Under the pieces are notes generated by a model. It worked only from the letters and a program-made list of their open reading frames with translations, was not told the origin of the DNA and ran no database searches. A stretch of 48,410 nucleotides of DNA, taken from assembly GCA_964456095.1 (NCBI GenBank), contig CAYVZF010000003.1:1-48410 (forward strand). The letters are read 5' to 3'. The position numbers were made by a program, and so were the translations under genes. This DNA is from an uncultured Erysipelotrichaceae bacterium. GTDB lineage: Bacteria; Bacillota_I; Bacilli_A; RFN20; CAG-449. Of the stretch, positions 10,195-17,389 are shown in pieces. How positions within the stretch are numbered: position 1 is the stretch's first letter; each line of letters begins with the position of its first letter.

Positions 10195-10231
10195 ATAATG
10201 TAAATAAAGTACTTTACATTATTTGTTTTTT
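10195..10231 (+). terminator. Terminator after the LRR gene
   Basis: Perfect 10-bp stem ATAATGTAAA / TTTACATTAT with an 8-nt loop, followed by TTGTTTTTT. Confidence 0.7.
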
Positions 10232-10286
10232 GCGATTTTTGTAATAAAAATATCAAAAATGTGTAAAAAAAAAGTACGAAAAAAAT

Positions 10287-10314
10287 TTGACAATTTATTT
10301 TTCTTATATAAAAT
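10287..10314 (+). promoter_or_regulatory. Near-consensus sigma-A promoter for the 10340-11061 gene pair
   Basis: TTGACA (10287-10292), 16-nt spacer, TAAAAT (10309-10314). A GGGAGG SD follows at 10326-10331. Confidence 0.6.
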
Positions 10315-10339
10315 TTTTATTAGAAGGGAGGCGTTTCTA

Positions 10340-10726
10340 ATGTCATCACGAGGAAGTTTGGCTAAAAATGGTCATATAACTAATAAAGACTATCGAACAA
10401 TAAAAGTTACAGAAACTGGAGTAAAAATACTAAAAGGAATAAGGAACAATCATTCTCTTCCTGAATTATCTCATTCTGCTAATTCAATTTATGCAAAATT
10501 GAAGAATGATGGTAGACTTCATGAATTAAGATTTTTTGATTCATATGGATATCCTTTTTTTGAAATTGCATATCATCCTGAACCAAGATTAAATGATGGA
10601 GATAGAGAAACAAATGTTTTACATTTTCATACTTTTAAGGGATTGAATAGAAATGAAGCAATACTTTTAAATGAAAAAATAAAATTAAAATATTATAAAT
10701 ATTTAAAGGAGTTTAATTTAATATGA
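10340..10726 (+). CDS. Hypothetical 128-aa basic, His-rich protein; candidate stand-alone toxin-like domain
   Basis: ATG 10340 is preceded by GGGAGG. The track start at 10223 would run through the upstream terminator and promoter. No signal peptide or TM. The C-terminal pattern is RFFDSYGYPFFEIAYH-x13-NVLHFH. The stop overlaps the next start (ATGA). Confidence 0.6.
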   Translation: MSSRGSLAKNGHITNKDYRTIKVTETGVKILKGIRNNHSLPELSHSANSIYAKLKNDGRLHELRFFDSYGYPFFEIAYHPEPRLNDGDRETNVLHFHTFKGLNRNEAILLNEKIKLKYYKYLKEFNLI

Positions 10727-11061
10727 TTAATGCAAATTTATCACAATTTTTAGATACTGGTTGGTTTAGCGAAGCTACAATATATTACAAAGGTTATACA
10801 TATTGGTGCGAAGGTGATTTTGATGAAAATAGACCTAAATATATGCATTTTTATGTATATAAATATCGTGCTGTTGTTTTTGATGAAATCTATACAAAAA
10901 GATTAATTGAAAATGGTGATGTTGTAGATTATTCTACAGTTTTAGATATATATGGAGATAGTGAGCAGGAAGTAAAAGAAATATTTTTAAATGCTAAGAT
11001 TTGGGATGGAAAGTCATTTTGGGAAGTTGAAAAAGAACTTGCATGGTATGATGAAAATTAA
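10723..11061 (+). CDS. Hypothetical 112-aa acidic, Trp/Tyr-rich protein; candidate cognate immunity or antitoxin
   Basis: Translationally coupled through the ATGA overlap at 10723-10726. The composition (W, Y, D, E rich, no TM) is typical of small immunity proteins. Confidence 0.55.
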   Translation: MINANLSQFLDTGWFSEATIYYKGYTYWCEGDFDENRPKYMHFYVYKYRAVVFDEIYTKRLIENGDVVDYSTVLDIYGDSEQEVKEIFLNAKIWDGKSFWEVEKELAWYDEN

Positions 11062-11191
11062 AACACAAAAAATTCCAATAAAGTTATATAATATTAATGA
11101 TATCTAATTGTATAATTATTAAATCATAATTTATTTACATACTTTAATTTTATTATTTTATATGCTAACATAATTTTAAAGAGGTGTCCTT

Positions 11192-11926
11192 ATGTTATTT
11201 TTTACTACAGATCCTATTGCTAAGTTTATAGGATGGGGTTGGCTTAATAACCTTAGTATTGGCTCAATTTTATTAAGATTATCTTTAGCTATTATTTTTT
11301 CTGGCTTGATTGGTGTTCAAAGAGCTCAGAAAAGACATGCAGCTGGTTTAAGAACTTATGGCTTAGTGTGTCTTGGCGCTACTATAGCGATGATGACAAA
11401 TGAATTTTTAATGCTTAAATTTGGTACTGGTGATGCTGGAAGACTTGGTGCTCAAGTAATATCTGGTATTGGTTTTTTGGGTGCTGGAACTATTTTGGTT
11501 ACTTCAAGAAATCAAATAAGAGGACTTACAACTGCCGCGGGACTATGGGCTTGTGCTTGTATGGGCCTTGCAATTGGTGCGGGATTTTATACGTTAGCTA
11601 TTATTGGAGAAATAATTATATTTATTTCACTTATTCTATTTCCAAAAATTGAAAATTATTTTATTTTAAGGACTTCTACTTATGAGTTACATATAGAATT
11701 AGATTCAAGACCTAATTTAAAAGAATTAGTTAACTATTTAAGATTTAATAACATTAAAATATATTCTCTAGAACATAATACAGCGTATTCATCAAGTGGA
11801 TTATCAGTTTACACTATAACTATTAATGTTGATAAAAGTGCTGAAAAAGTATTTAAAAAACATAATACTTTAGTAGAGGAAATAAAAAAACTTCCATATG
11901 TTAATTATGTTGAAATTATTTATTAA
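11192..11926 (+). CDS. mgtC: MgtC/SapB family membrane protein
   Basis: SILLRLSLAIIFSGLIGVQRAQKRHAAGLRTYGLVCLGA and GAQVISGIGFLGAGTIL motifs, plus a C-terminal soluble ACT-like domain. Confidence 0.85.
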   Translation: MLFFTTDPIAKFIGWGWLNNLSIGSILLRLSLAIIFSGLIGVQRAQKRHAAGLRTYGLVCLGATIAMMTNEFLMLKFGTGDAGRLGAQVISGIGFLGAGTILVTSRNQIRGLTTAAGLWACACMGLAIGAGFYTLAIIGEIIIFISLILFPKIENYFILRTSTYELHIELDSRPNLKELVNYLRFNNIKIYSLEHNTAYSSSGLSVYTITINVDKSAEKVFKKHNTLVEEIKKLPYVNYVEIIY

Positions 11927-11964
11927 TTATTGACATAAGGTAAAAATAATCACATAATAATTTT

Positions 11965-12072
11965 AACTTCAGGGTTAGGTGTAATTCCTTATCGGCGGTA
12001 TACCCCGCGAGCAAATATGCATGATTTGGTGTAATTCCAAAGGCGACAGTATAGTCTGGATAGAAGAAGTCT
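11965..12072 (+). promoter_or_regulatory. FMN riboswitch (RFN element) aptamer
   Basis: Conserved RFN blocks AGGGTTAGGTGTAATTCC, CGGCGGTATACCCCGCGAGC, GATTTGGTGTAATTCCAAAGGCGACAGTATAGTCTGGATAGAAGAAG. This is a GC-rich island in AT-rich DNA, directly upstream of a RibU-type gene. Confidence 0.92.
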
Positions 12073-12091
12073 AATATATTTATATTTTAGA

Positions 12092-12116
12092 AGCCCTAAA
12101 GTGTAGGGCTTTTTTT
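12092..12116 (+). terminator. FMN riboswitch expression-platform terminator
   Basis: AGCCCTA-AAGTG-TAGGGCT hairpin followed by T7, 20 nt upstream of the ribU start. Confidence 0.85.
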
Positions 12117-12136
12117 AAGCCTTAAGGAAGGCGTAT

Positions 12137-12769
12137 ATGAAAGATAGTAAAATTAGAAAAATTACATTAACAGCATTTTTAGGCGCGTTAAGCGCGATTC
12201 TTTATTATTTTATTAAATTTCCGATAACTTTTTTAATTCCAATAATCCCACCATTTTTAGAAATTAACTTTTCAATGGCTCCTATTTTGTTAGGAGGATA
12301 TATGGTTGGTCCACTTTATGGAACAATAATAGTTATTATTAGATTTTTAATAAAATTACCTTCAACACACACTGCCTGTGTTGGTGAATTGGCTGATTTG
12401 ATAATAGGTGTTTTAACAGTTCTAGTAACATCAATTATTTATAGAAATAATAAAACCAAGAAAGGAGCAATATTATCGCTTTTATTTGGTATAATTACAT
12501 GGGTTACTTCTTCTCTTTTTGTTAATGCATTTATTTTAATTCCTGCATACATTGATTTATATTTTGATGGTAACATTGATGCGCTTGTTAATATGTTAAG
12601 CAATATACCAGGTATTACAAGAGATAATTATCTATATAAGTATATATTATATGGTGCTTTTCCATTTAATTTTATATTAAGTTTTGTTATTTGTTTAATA
12701 ACATTTATTATTTATAAGCCGCTTCATAAATTAATAATAAATGTTTCTAATAGACTTAATAAAAAATAA
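12137..12769 (+). CDS. ribU: ECF-transporter S component, riboflavin transporter RibU/FmnP type
   Basis: About 210-aa protein with 6 TM segments, of ECF S-component type, directly controlled by the FMN riboswitch. AAGGAAGG SD. Confidence 0.8.
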   Translation: MKDSKIRKITLTAFLGALSAILYYFIKFPITFLIPIIPPFLEINFSMAPILLGGYMVGPLYGTIIVIIRFLIKLPSTHTACVGELADLIIGVLTVLVTSIIYRNNKTKKGAILSLLFGIITWVTSSLFVNAFILIPAYIDLYFDGNIDALVNMLSNIPGITRDNYLYKYILYGAFPFNFILSFVICLITFIIYKPLHKLIINVSNRLNKK

Positions 12770-12791
12770 TACTTGATCATGATAGCTAAAA

Positions 12792-12816
12792 ATAGGACTG
12801 TATGGTTCTATTTTTT
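12792..12816 (+). terminator. Probable ribU terminator
   Basis: ATAGGAC / GTTCTAT stem (one G-U pair) with a 6-nt loop, followed by T6. Confidence 0.45.
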
Positions 12817-12863
12817 ATTTGTTCTTCATATTGTTAAGTGATAATTACATTTTGGAGGTTAAA

Positions 12864-14342
12864 ATGGAAACTTTAGAATTACTTAAAGATATAGGTAGAC
12901 GTACAGATGGTGATATTTATTTAGGTGTTGTTGGACCAGTTAGAGTTGGAAAATCAACCTTTATTAAACGATTTATGGAAACAATTGTTTTACCTAGAAT
13001 AGATAATGAAGATGAAAAAAGAAGAGCAATTGATGAACTTCCTTTATCTGGTGATGGTAAAACTATTACTACAATGGAACCTAAATTTATTCCATCCAAT
13101 GCTGTTTCTATAGAAGTAGAAGAAAATTTTTATGTACATATTAGATTAGTTGATTGTGTTGGTTTTTTAATTGATAATGCATCAGGTTATTTAGAAGATG
13201 GAAAAATGAGAATGGTTAAAACTCCATGGTTTAATGAAGAGATTCCTTTTAATGAAGCATCAAAAATAGGAACGGAAAAAGTTATTAAAGATCATTCAAC
13301 AATTGGTATTGTTGTTTTAAGTGATGGCACTATTAATGATTTTAAAAGAGAAGATTATTATCAAGCAGAAACAAAAGTAATTGAAGAAATGAAAAGTTTA
13401 AATAAACCTTTTGTTATTGTTTTAAATAGTAAAACACCTAATAATGATACATCTAAAAATATTAAAAAAGAATTAGAAAAAGAAAGCGGAGTTCCTGTTA
13501 TATTATGTGATGTTTTAAATATTAATAAAGACATTGCTGATGAGATATTAAAAGAAGCATTATATGAATTTCCAATTAATGGAATTGATTTAACAATGCC
13601 TAATTGGCTTAATGCTTTGAGTGAAGATCATGCTATAAAGAAATCATTACAAGAGTCTATTTCTTCTGCAATGAAGGAGATAACTAACTTGAGAGATGTT
13701 GAAAAAATTTCTTCTTTAATTGAAGAAAATGAATACATTTCTAAAGCAACACTTTCTTCTCTTGATACAGGATTAGGTGTAATTACTATTCAAGTTGATG
13801 TTAAAGATGGATTATATGAATCTGTTTTAGAAGAATTAGTCGGATGTGAAATAACTGATAAAGCATCTCTTATTACTTTATTATGTAAGTATAAAGAAAT
13901 AAAAAAAGATTATGAATTAGTTGGGAATGCATTAAAAATGGCTTCTATGTCAGGCTATGGATTTGCTAGTGCTTCAAAAGAAGATATTATAATTGATAAG
14001 CCTGTAGTGGTTAAGTCTGGTAATAAGTATGGAATAAAAGTTAAAGCAAGTGCACCATCTTATCATATAATTAAAGTAGATGTAGATACATCTTTTGAAC
14101 CGATACTTGGTTCTAAAGAACAAGCAGAGTATTTTGTTAATACTTTGTTAGAAAACTATGATAAAGATCCTTTATCAATTTTAGAATGCGATATGTTTGG
14201 TAGGAAATTTGGTGATATTTTATCTCAAGGTATAATGTTAAAACTAGATAATTTATCTGAACCGGTAAAAATAAAACTACAACAAATTATTAAGACATTA
14301 TCTAATAAAGGTAAAGGTAATTTAATAGCTTTTGTTTTTTAA
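12864..14342 (+). CDS. spoIVA: Stage IV sporulation protein A (spore-coat basement-layer ATPase)
   Basis: The 492-aa length matches SpoIVA. N-terminal DIYLGVVGPVRVGKSTFIKRFME Walker A and LPLSGDGKTITTMEPKFIP. GGAGG SD before ATG 12864. hup lies immediately downstream, as in Bacillus. Confidence 0.92.
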   Translation: METLELLKDIGRRTDGDIYLGVVGPVRVGKSTFIKRFMETIVLPRIDNEDEKRRAIDELPLSGDGKTITTMEPKFIPSNAVSIEVEENFYVHIRLVDCVGFLIDNASGYLEDGKMRMVKTPWFNEEIPFNEASKIGTEKVIKDHSTIGIVVLSDGTINDFKREDYYQAETKVIEEMKSLNKPFVIVLNSKTPNNDTSKNIKKELEKESGVPVILCDVLNINKDIADEILKEALYEFPINGIDLTMPNWLNALSEDHAIKKSLQESISSAMKEITNLRDVEKISSLIEENEYISKATLSSLDTGLGVITIQVDVKDGLYESVLEELVGCEITDKASLITLLCKYKEIKKDYELVGNALKMASMSGYGFASASKEDIIIDKPVVVKSGNKYGIKVKASAPSYHIIKVDVDTSFEPILGSKEQAEYFVNTLLENYDKDPLSILECDMFGRKFGDILSQGIMLKLDNLSEPVKIKLQQIIKTLSNKGKGNLIAFVF

Positions 14343-14448
14343 AAAAAATTGATATAAAATCTTGAATTTTTAAGAAATTTAAATATGCAAACTTGTTTTT
14401 TTCTTTAGTATATGTTAATCTCTAAAAAACTTTGATAAGGAGAGAGTA

Positions 14449-14724
14449 ATGAATAAAGTAGAGTTAATTGAAAAAGTAGCGTTAGATGCTCGTGTCACAA
14501 AAAAAGATGCATCAGAAATAGTTAATTGTGTATTTGATACTATTCTTGATTCTTTAAAATCAGGAGATTTAGTTAAAATTGCAGGATTTGGTTCTTTCCA
14601 AATTAAAACAAGAGCATCTCGTGAAGGTATGAATCCAATTACAAAAGAAAGAATAAGTATTCCTGAACAAAAGGCTATTGTATTTCACGCTGCTAAACCC
14701 GCAAAAGATAGAGTTAACGATTAA
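14449..14724 (+). CDS. hup: DNA-binding protein HU
   Basis: 91 aa. MNKVELIEKVA..., GFGSFQIKTRASREGMNPITKE arm. Confidence 0.93.
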   Translation: MNKVELIEKVALDARVTKKDASEIVNCVFDTILDSLKSGDLVKIAGFGSFQIKTRASREGMNPITKERISIPEQKAIVFHAAKPAKDRVND

Positions 14725-14729
14725 TAATT

Positions 14730-14753
14730 ATCCTTCTTTATAGAAGGATTTTT
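14730..14753 (+). terminator. hup terminator
   Basis: ATCCTTCT-TTAT-AGAAGGAT hairpin followed by TTTT. Confidence 0.75.
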
Positions 14754-14813
14754 ATTTACATTTTCTTTCCTTAATATTAAAATATTAATTGATTGTTAGA
14801 GGAGAATTATTTA

Positions 14814-15386
14814 ATGAAAAAGTTTATTATTGAAACAAGTGCTCGTCATGCTCATGTAACTAAAGAGGCTCTTGAGATTTTATTTGGTAAGGATGCTGTT
14901 TTAGATAACAGAAAAGATTTATCTCAACCTGGTCAATTTGCAAGTAGTAAAAAAATAACTGTTGTTGGTCCTAAAGGCTCTATGAACTTAACTATTTTAG
15001 GTCCTGAAAGATCTGCAAATCAAATTGAAATTTCTTTAACTGATGCTAGATCTTTAGGCCTTGTTGCACCAATTAGAGAATCTGGTGATATCGCTTCAAG
15101 TGGCGCTTGTAAGATTGTTGGTCCTTGTGGAGAAATTGAATTAACTGAAGGTGTTATCGCAGCAAAAAGACATATCCATATGACACCTGCTGATGCTGAA
15201 GAATTAAATGTTAATAATGGTGATATTGTTAACGTAAAAGTATTAAATGAATCTGGTAGATCAATTATCTTCGGTGATGTTGTTGTTAGAGTTTCTTCAA
15301 GTTATGCTTTAGCAATGCATGTTGATACTGATGAAGCAAATGCTGGCGCATTATCTGGCATTGTTTATGGCGAAATAGTTAAATAA
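14814..15386 (+). CDS. pduL: Phosphate propanoyl/acetyl-transferase, PduL type
   Basis: Duplicated PduL signature: ETSARHAHVT...GPERSANQIEISLTDARSLG and AAKRHIHMTPADAEELNV...VRVSSSYALAMHVDTDEANA. AGAGGAG SD before ATG 14814. Confidence 0.88.
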   Translation: MKKFIIETSARHAHVTKEALEILFGKDAVLDNRKDLSQPGQFASSKKITVVGPKGSMNLTILGPERSANQIEISLTDARSLGLVAPIRESGDIASSGACKIVGPCGEIELTEGVIAAKRHIHMTPADAEELNVNNGDIVNVKVLNESGRSIIFGDVVVRVSSSYALAMHVDTDEANAGALSGIVYGEIVK

Positions 15387-15395
15387 TTAAAAATA

Positions 15396-15432
15396 AAAAC
15401 ATTTTAGTAATACTAACGCTAAAGTGTTTTTT
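15396..15432 (+). terminator. pduL terminator
   Basis: AAAACATTTTAG / CTAAAGTGTTTT stem (one G-U pair) followed by a T tract. Confidence 0.65.
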
Positions 15433-15446
15433 TTAAGGATACAATA

Positions 15447-15977
15447 ATGGATAGATTAAGTGTTAATGGTGTTTATTATAATATTATTAAGTTATTAGGA
15501 CACGGAAAAAGTGGTTATTCTTATTTGGTTGAAAAAGATGGCAAAAAATATGTTATTAAACAAATACATCATGAGCCATGTGATTATTATTCATTTGGTA
15601 ATAAAATTGAATCAGAACAGAATGATTATAATAGATTAGTTATGACAGGAATTAGAGTTCCTAAAATGCTTGATATAGATTTAAATAATGAAAGAATATT
15701 AAAAGAATATATCGATGGTGAAACAATTTTTGAGTTAATAAAAAACGATTTGATGGATGAAGTTTATTTATTTCAAATAAAAGAAATGTCTAAGATAGTA
15801 TATTCTTTTAATCTCAATATTGATTATTTTCCAACTAATTTTATCGTTCAAAATAGTTTAATTTTTTACATAGATTATGAATGCAATAATTATTCTGATG
15901 AATGGAACTTTGAAAATTGGGGCATTAAATATTGGTCGAAAACTAAAGAATTCTTAGAATATGTAAAAAAACAATAA
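15447..15977 (+). CDS. Minimal protein-kinase-fold protein (Bud32/RIO/Kdo-kinase-like), 176 aa
   Basis: Gly-loop LGHGKSGYSY, VIK lysine (KKYVIKQ), hinge EYIDGE, catalytic-loop-like DYFPTN (D-x4-N), and metal-binding IDYE in place of DFG. Confidence 0.6.
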   Translation: MDRLSVNGVYYNIIKLLGHGKSGYSYLVEKDGKKYVIKQIHHEPCDYYSFGNKIESEQNDYNRLVMTGIRVPKMLDIDLNNERILKEYIDGETIFELIKNDLMDEVYLFQIKEMSKIVYSFNLNIDYFPTNFIVQNSLIFYIDYECNNYSDEWNFENWGIKYWSKTKEFLEYVKKQ

Positions 15978-16056
15978 AATAACAAATATTATTTTTTTAA
16001 AATAATATCATTTTCTTTTTAAATGAATTATACTATTTTTGAAGGAGATTTTTTAC

Positions 16057-17388
16057 ATGTCAATATTTACTACAAAAGGACAAAAGTATATACGTGAAAT
16101 GAAAAAAACCAAAGCTCTCACTATGGGTAAAAGAGTTGTGTCTTTCGAACCAAAGGAAATTTACGTTCCTATTGTTGATCCGATTAGCTCTAAACCTATT
16201 GCTTTAAATGTTAAAATCGGTGATGAAGTTAAGGTTGGTACTGTTATTGGTACACGTATTGAAAGTTCTATTCCTGTTTTTTCTTCGGTTTCGGGAACTA
16301 TAGAAAACGAAGTATTATTGTTTCATGCTTCTCTTGGTCGAAATGTTAAGCATTTAAAAATTATAAATGACCAAAAGTATGAAAAAGAACCTAATTTAGA
16401 AGTTTTAGGTGAAGAGGCATCTAAAGAACAATTAATTGAAAGATTAAAGGATGCTGGTCTACTTGGTTTTGGAGGAGCTGGCTATCCAACATATTTGAAG
16501 TATCAAAATCAAAATATTAATACAATTATTGTTAATGGGGTTGAGTGTGAAACTCATTTGACAGATGATTATAATATTTTAATGACTCATAAAGATGAGA
16601 TAATCGCTGGTTTAAAATGTTTAATGAAAGCGTCTGGTGCTAAAAAAGCATACATTGCTTTTAAAAAGAGTTATAAAGATGTTGCTGATTTTTATAAAGA
16701 TGTAACATCAAATAATCCTGAGATTCAACTTGCAACTGTAAAAGATGCATATCCATCTGGCTGGGAAAGACAACTTGTTAAAGCTGTTACAGGTGTTACT
16801 TATAATGAATATCCTGTCGAAAAAGGTATTGTTGTTAATAATGTAGAAACAGTTTTATATGCTGGAAGAGCAATTTTAAAAGGTGAAGTTGTAACTAGAA
16901 AGATTATGACGATTTCGGGTGAAGGAATTAAAAATCCTTCAAAAGTCGAACTCCCAATATATACAAGAGCAATAGATGTTATTGATTATTTTGGTGGATA
17001 TATGTATCCTTCTGTTTCTGTATCATTTGGTGGAGCAATGACTAGTAGGGGAGTAATGGATGATAAAGCTGTTATTTTACCTTTTACTCGTGGATTAACC
17101 ATTTTACCTAGAATTAAATTAAATACTCAACCTTGTTTGCACTGTGGAGAGTGTACATTACATTGTCCTGCTCAAATTCAACCGGTTGAGATTATGCATG
17201 CACAAATAGCTAGAAATACAGATCGTATAATGGATTTTGAACCATGGCATTGTATTGGATGTGGTTTATGTTCTTATGTATGTCCTAGTAAGATAGATGT
17301 TTCTGATTATGTAAAAAAAGCTAAACTTGTTGCAAATATTCAATTAAAGAAAATAGAAATGCAAAAGAAAGCAAAGGAGGTTAAGTAA
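16057..17388 (+). CDS. rnfC: Rnf electron-transport complex subunit C
   Basis: GGAGYPTYLKY NADH/FMN motif and two 4Fe-4S motifs (CLHCGECTLHCP, CIGCGLCSYVCP). GGAG SD before ATG 16057. Confidence 0.92.
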   Translation: MSIFTTKGQKYIREMKKTKALTMGKRVVSFEPKEIYVPIVDPISSKPIALNVKIGDEVKVGTVIGTRIESSIPVFSSVSGTIENEVLLFHASLGRNVKHLKIINDQKYEKEPNLEVLGEEASKEQLIERLKDAGLLGFGGAGYPTYLKYQNQNINTIIVNGVECETHLTDDYNILMTHKDEIIAGLKCLMKASGAKKAYIAFKKSYKDVADFYKDVTSNNPEIQLATVKDAYPSGWERQLVKAVTGVTYNEYPVEKGIVVNNVETVLYAGRAILKGEVVTRKIMTISGEGIKNPSKVELPIYTRAIDVIDYFGGYMYPSVSVSFGGAMTSRGVMDDKAVILPFTRGLTILPRIKLNTQPCLHCGECTLHCPAQIQPVEIMHAQIARNTDRIMDFEPWHCIGCGLCSYVCPSKIDVSDYVKKAKLVANIQLKKIEMQKKAKEVK

Positions 17389-17389
17389 T

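Noticed and set aside
10223-10339. N-terminal 39-codon extension of the toxin-like ORF (track start 10223).
   Set aside because: The extension would begin inside the T tract of the upstream terminator and run through the TTGACA/TAAAAT promoter. The internal ATG 10340 has a GGGAGG SD.
9492-11081. 11-nt direct repeat AATTCCAATAA at 9492-9502 and 11071-11081, bracketing the LRR plus toxin/immunity genes. It could represent att-like island ends.
   Set aside because: It is too short and AT-rich to distinguish from chance without genome-wide statistics. No integrase or recombinase is present. The first copy is better explained as half of the operator-like palindrome.
12826-12855. Sigma-E-like elements (TCATATT ... 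CATTTTGG) upstream of spoIVA.
   Set aside because: The putative -10 overlaps the GGAGG SD, so the transcript would lack a ribosome-binding site. The -10 also matches the consensus only in CAT. The real spoIVA promoter was not identified.
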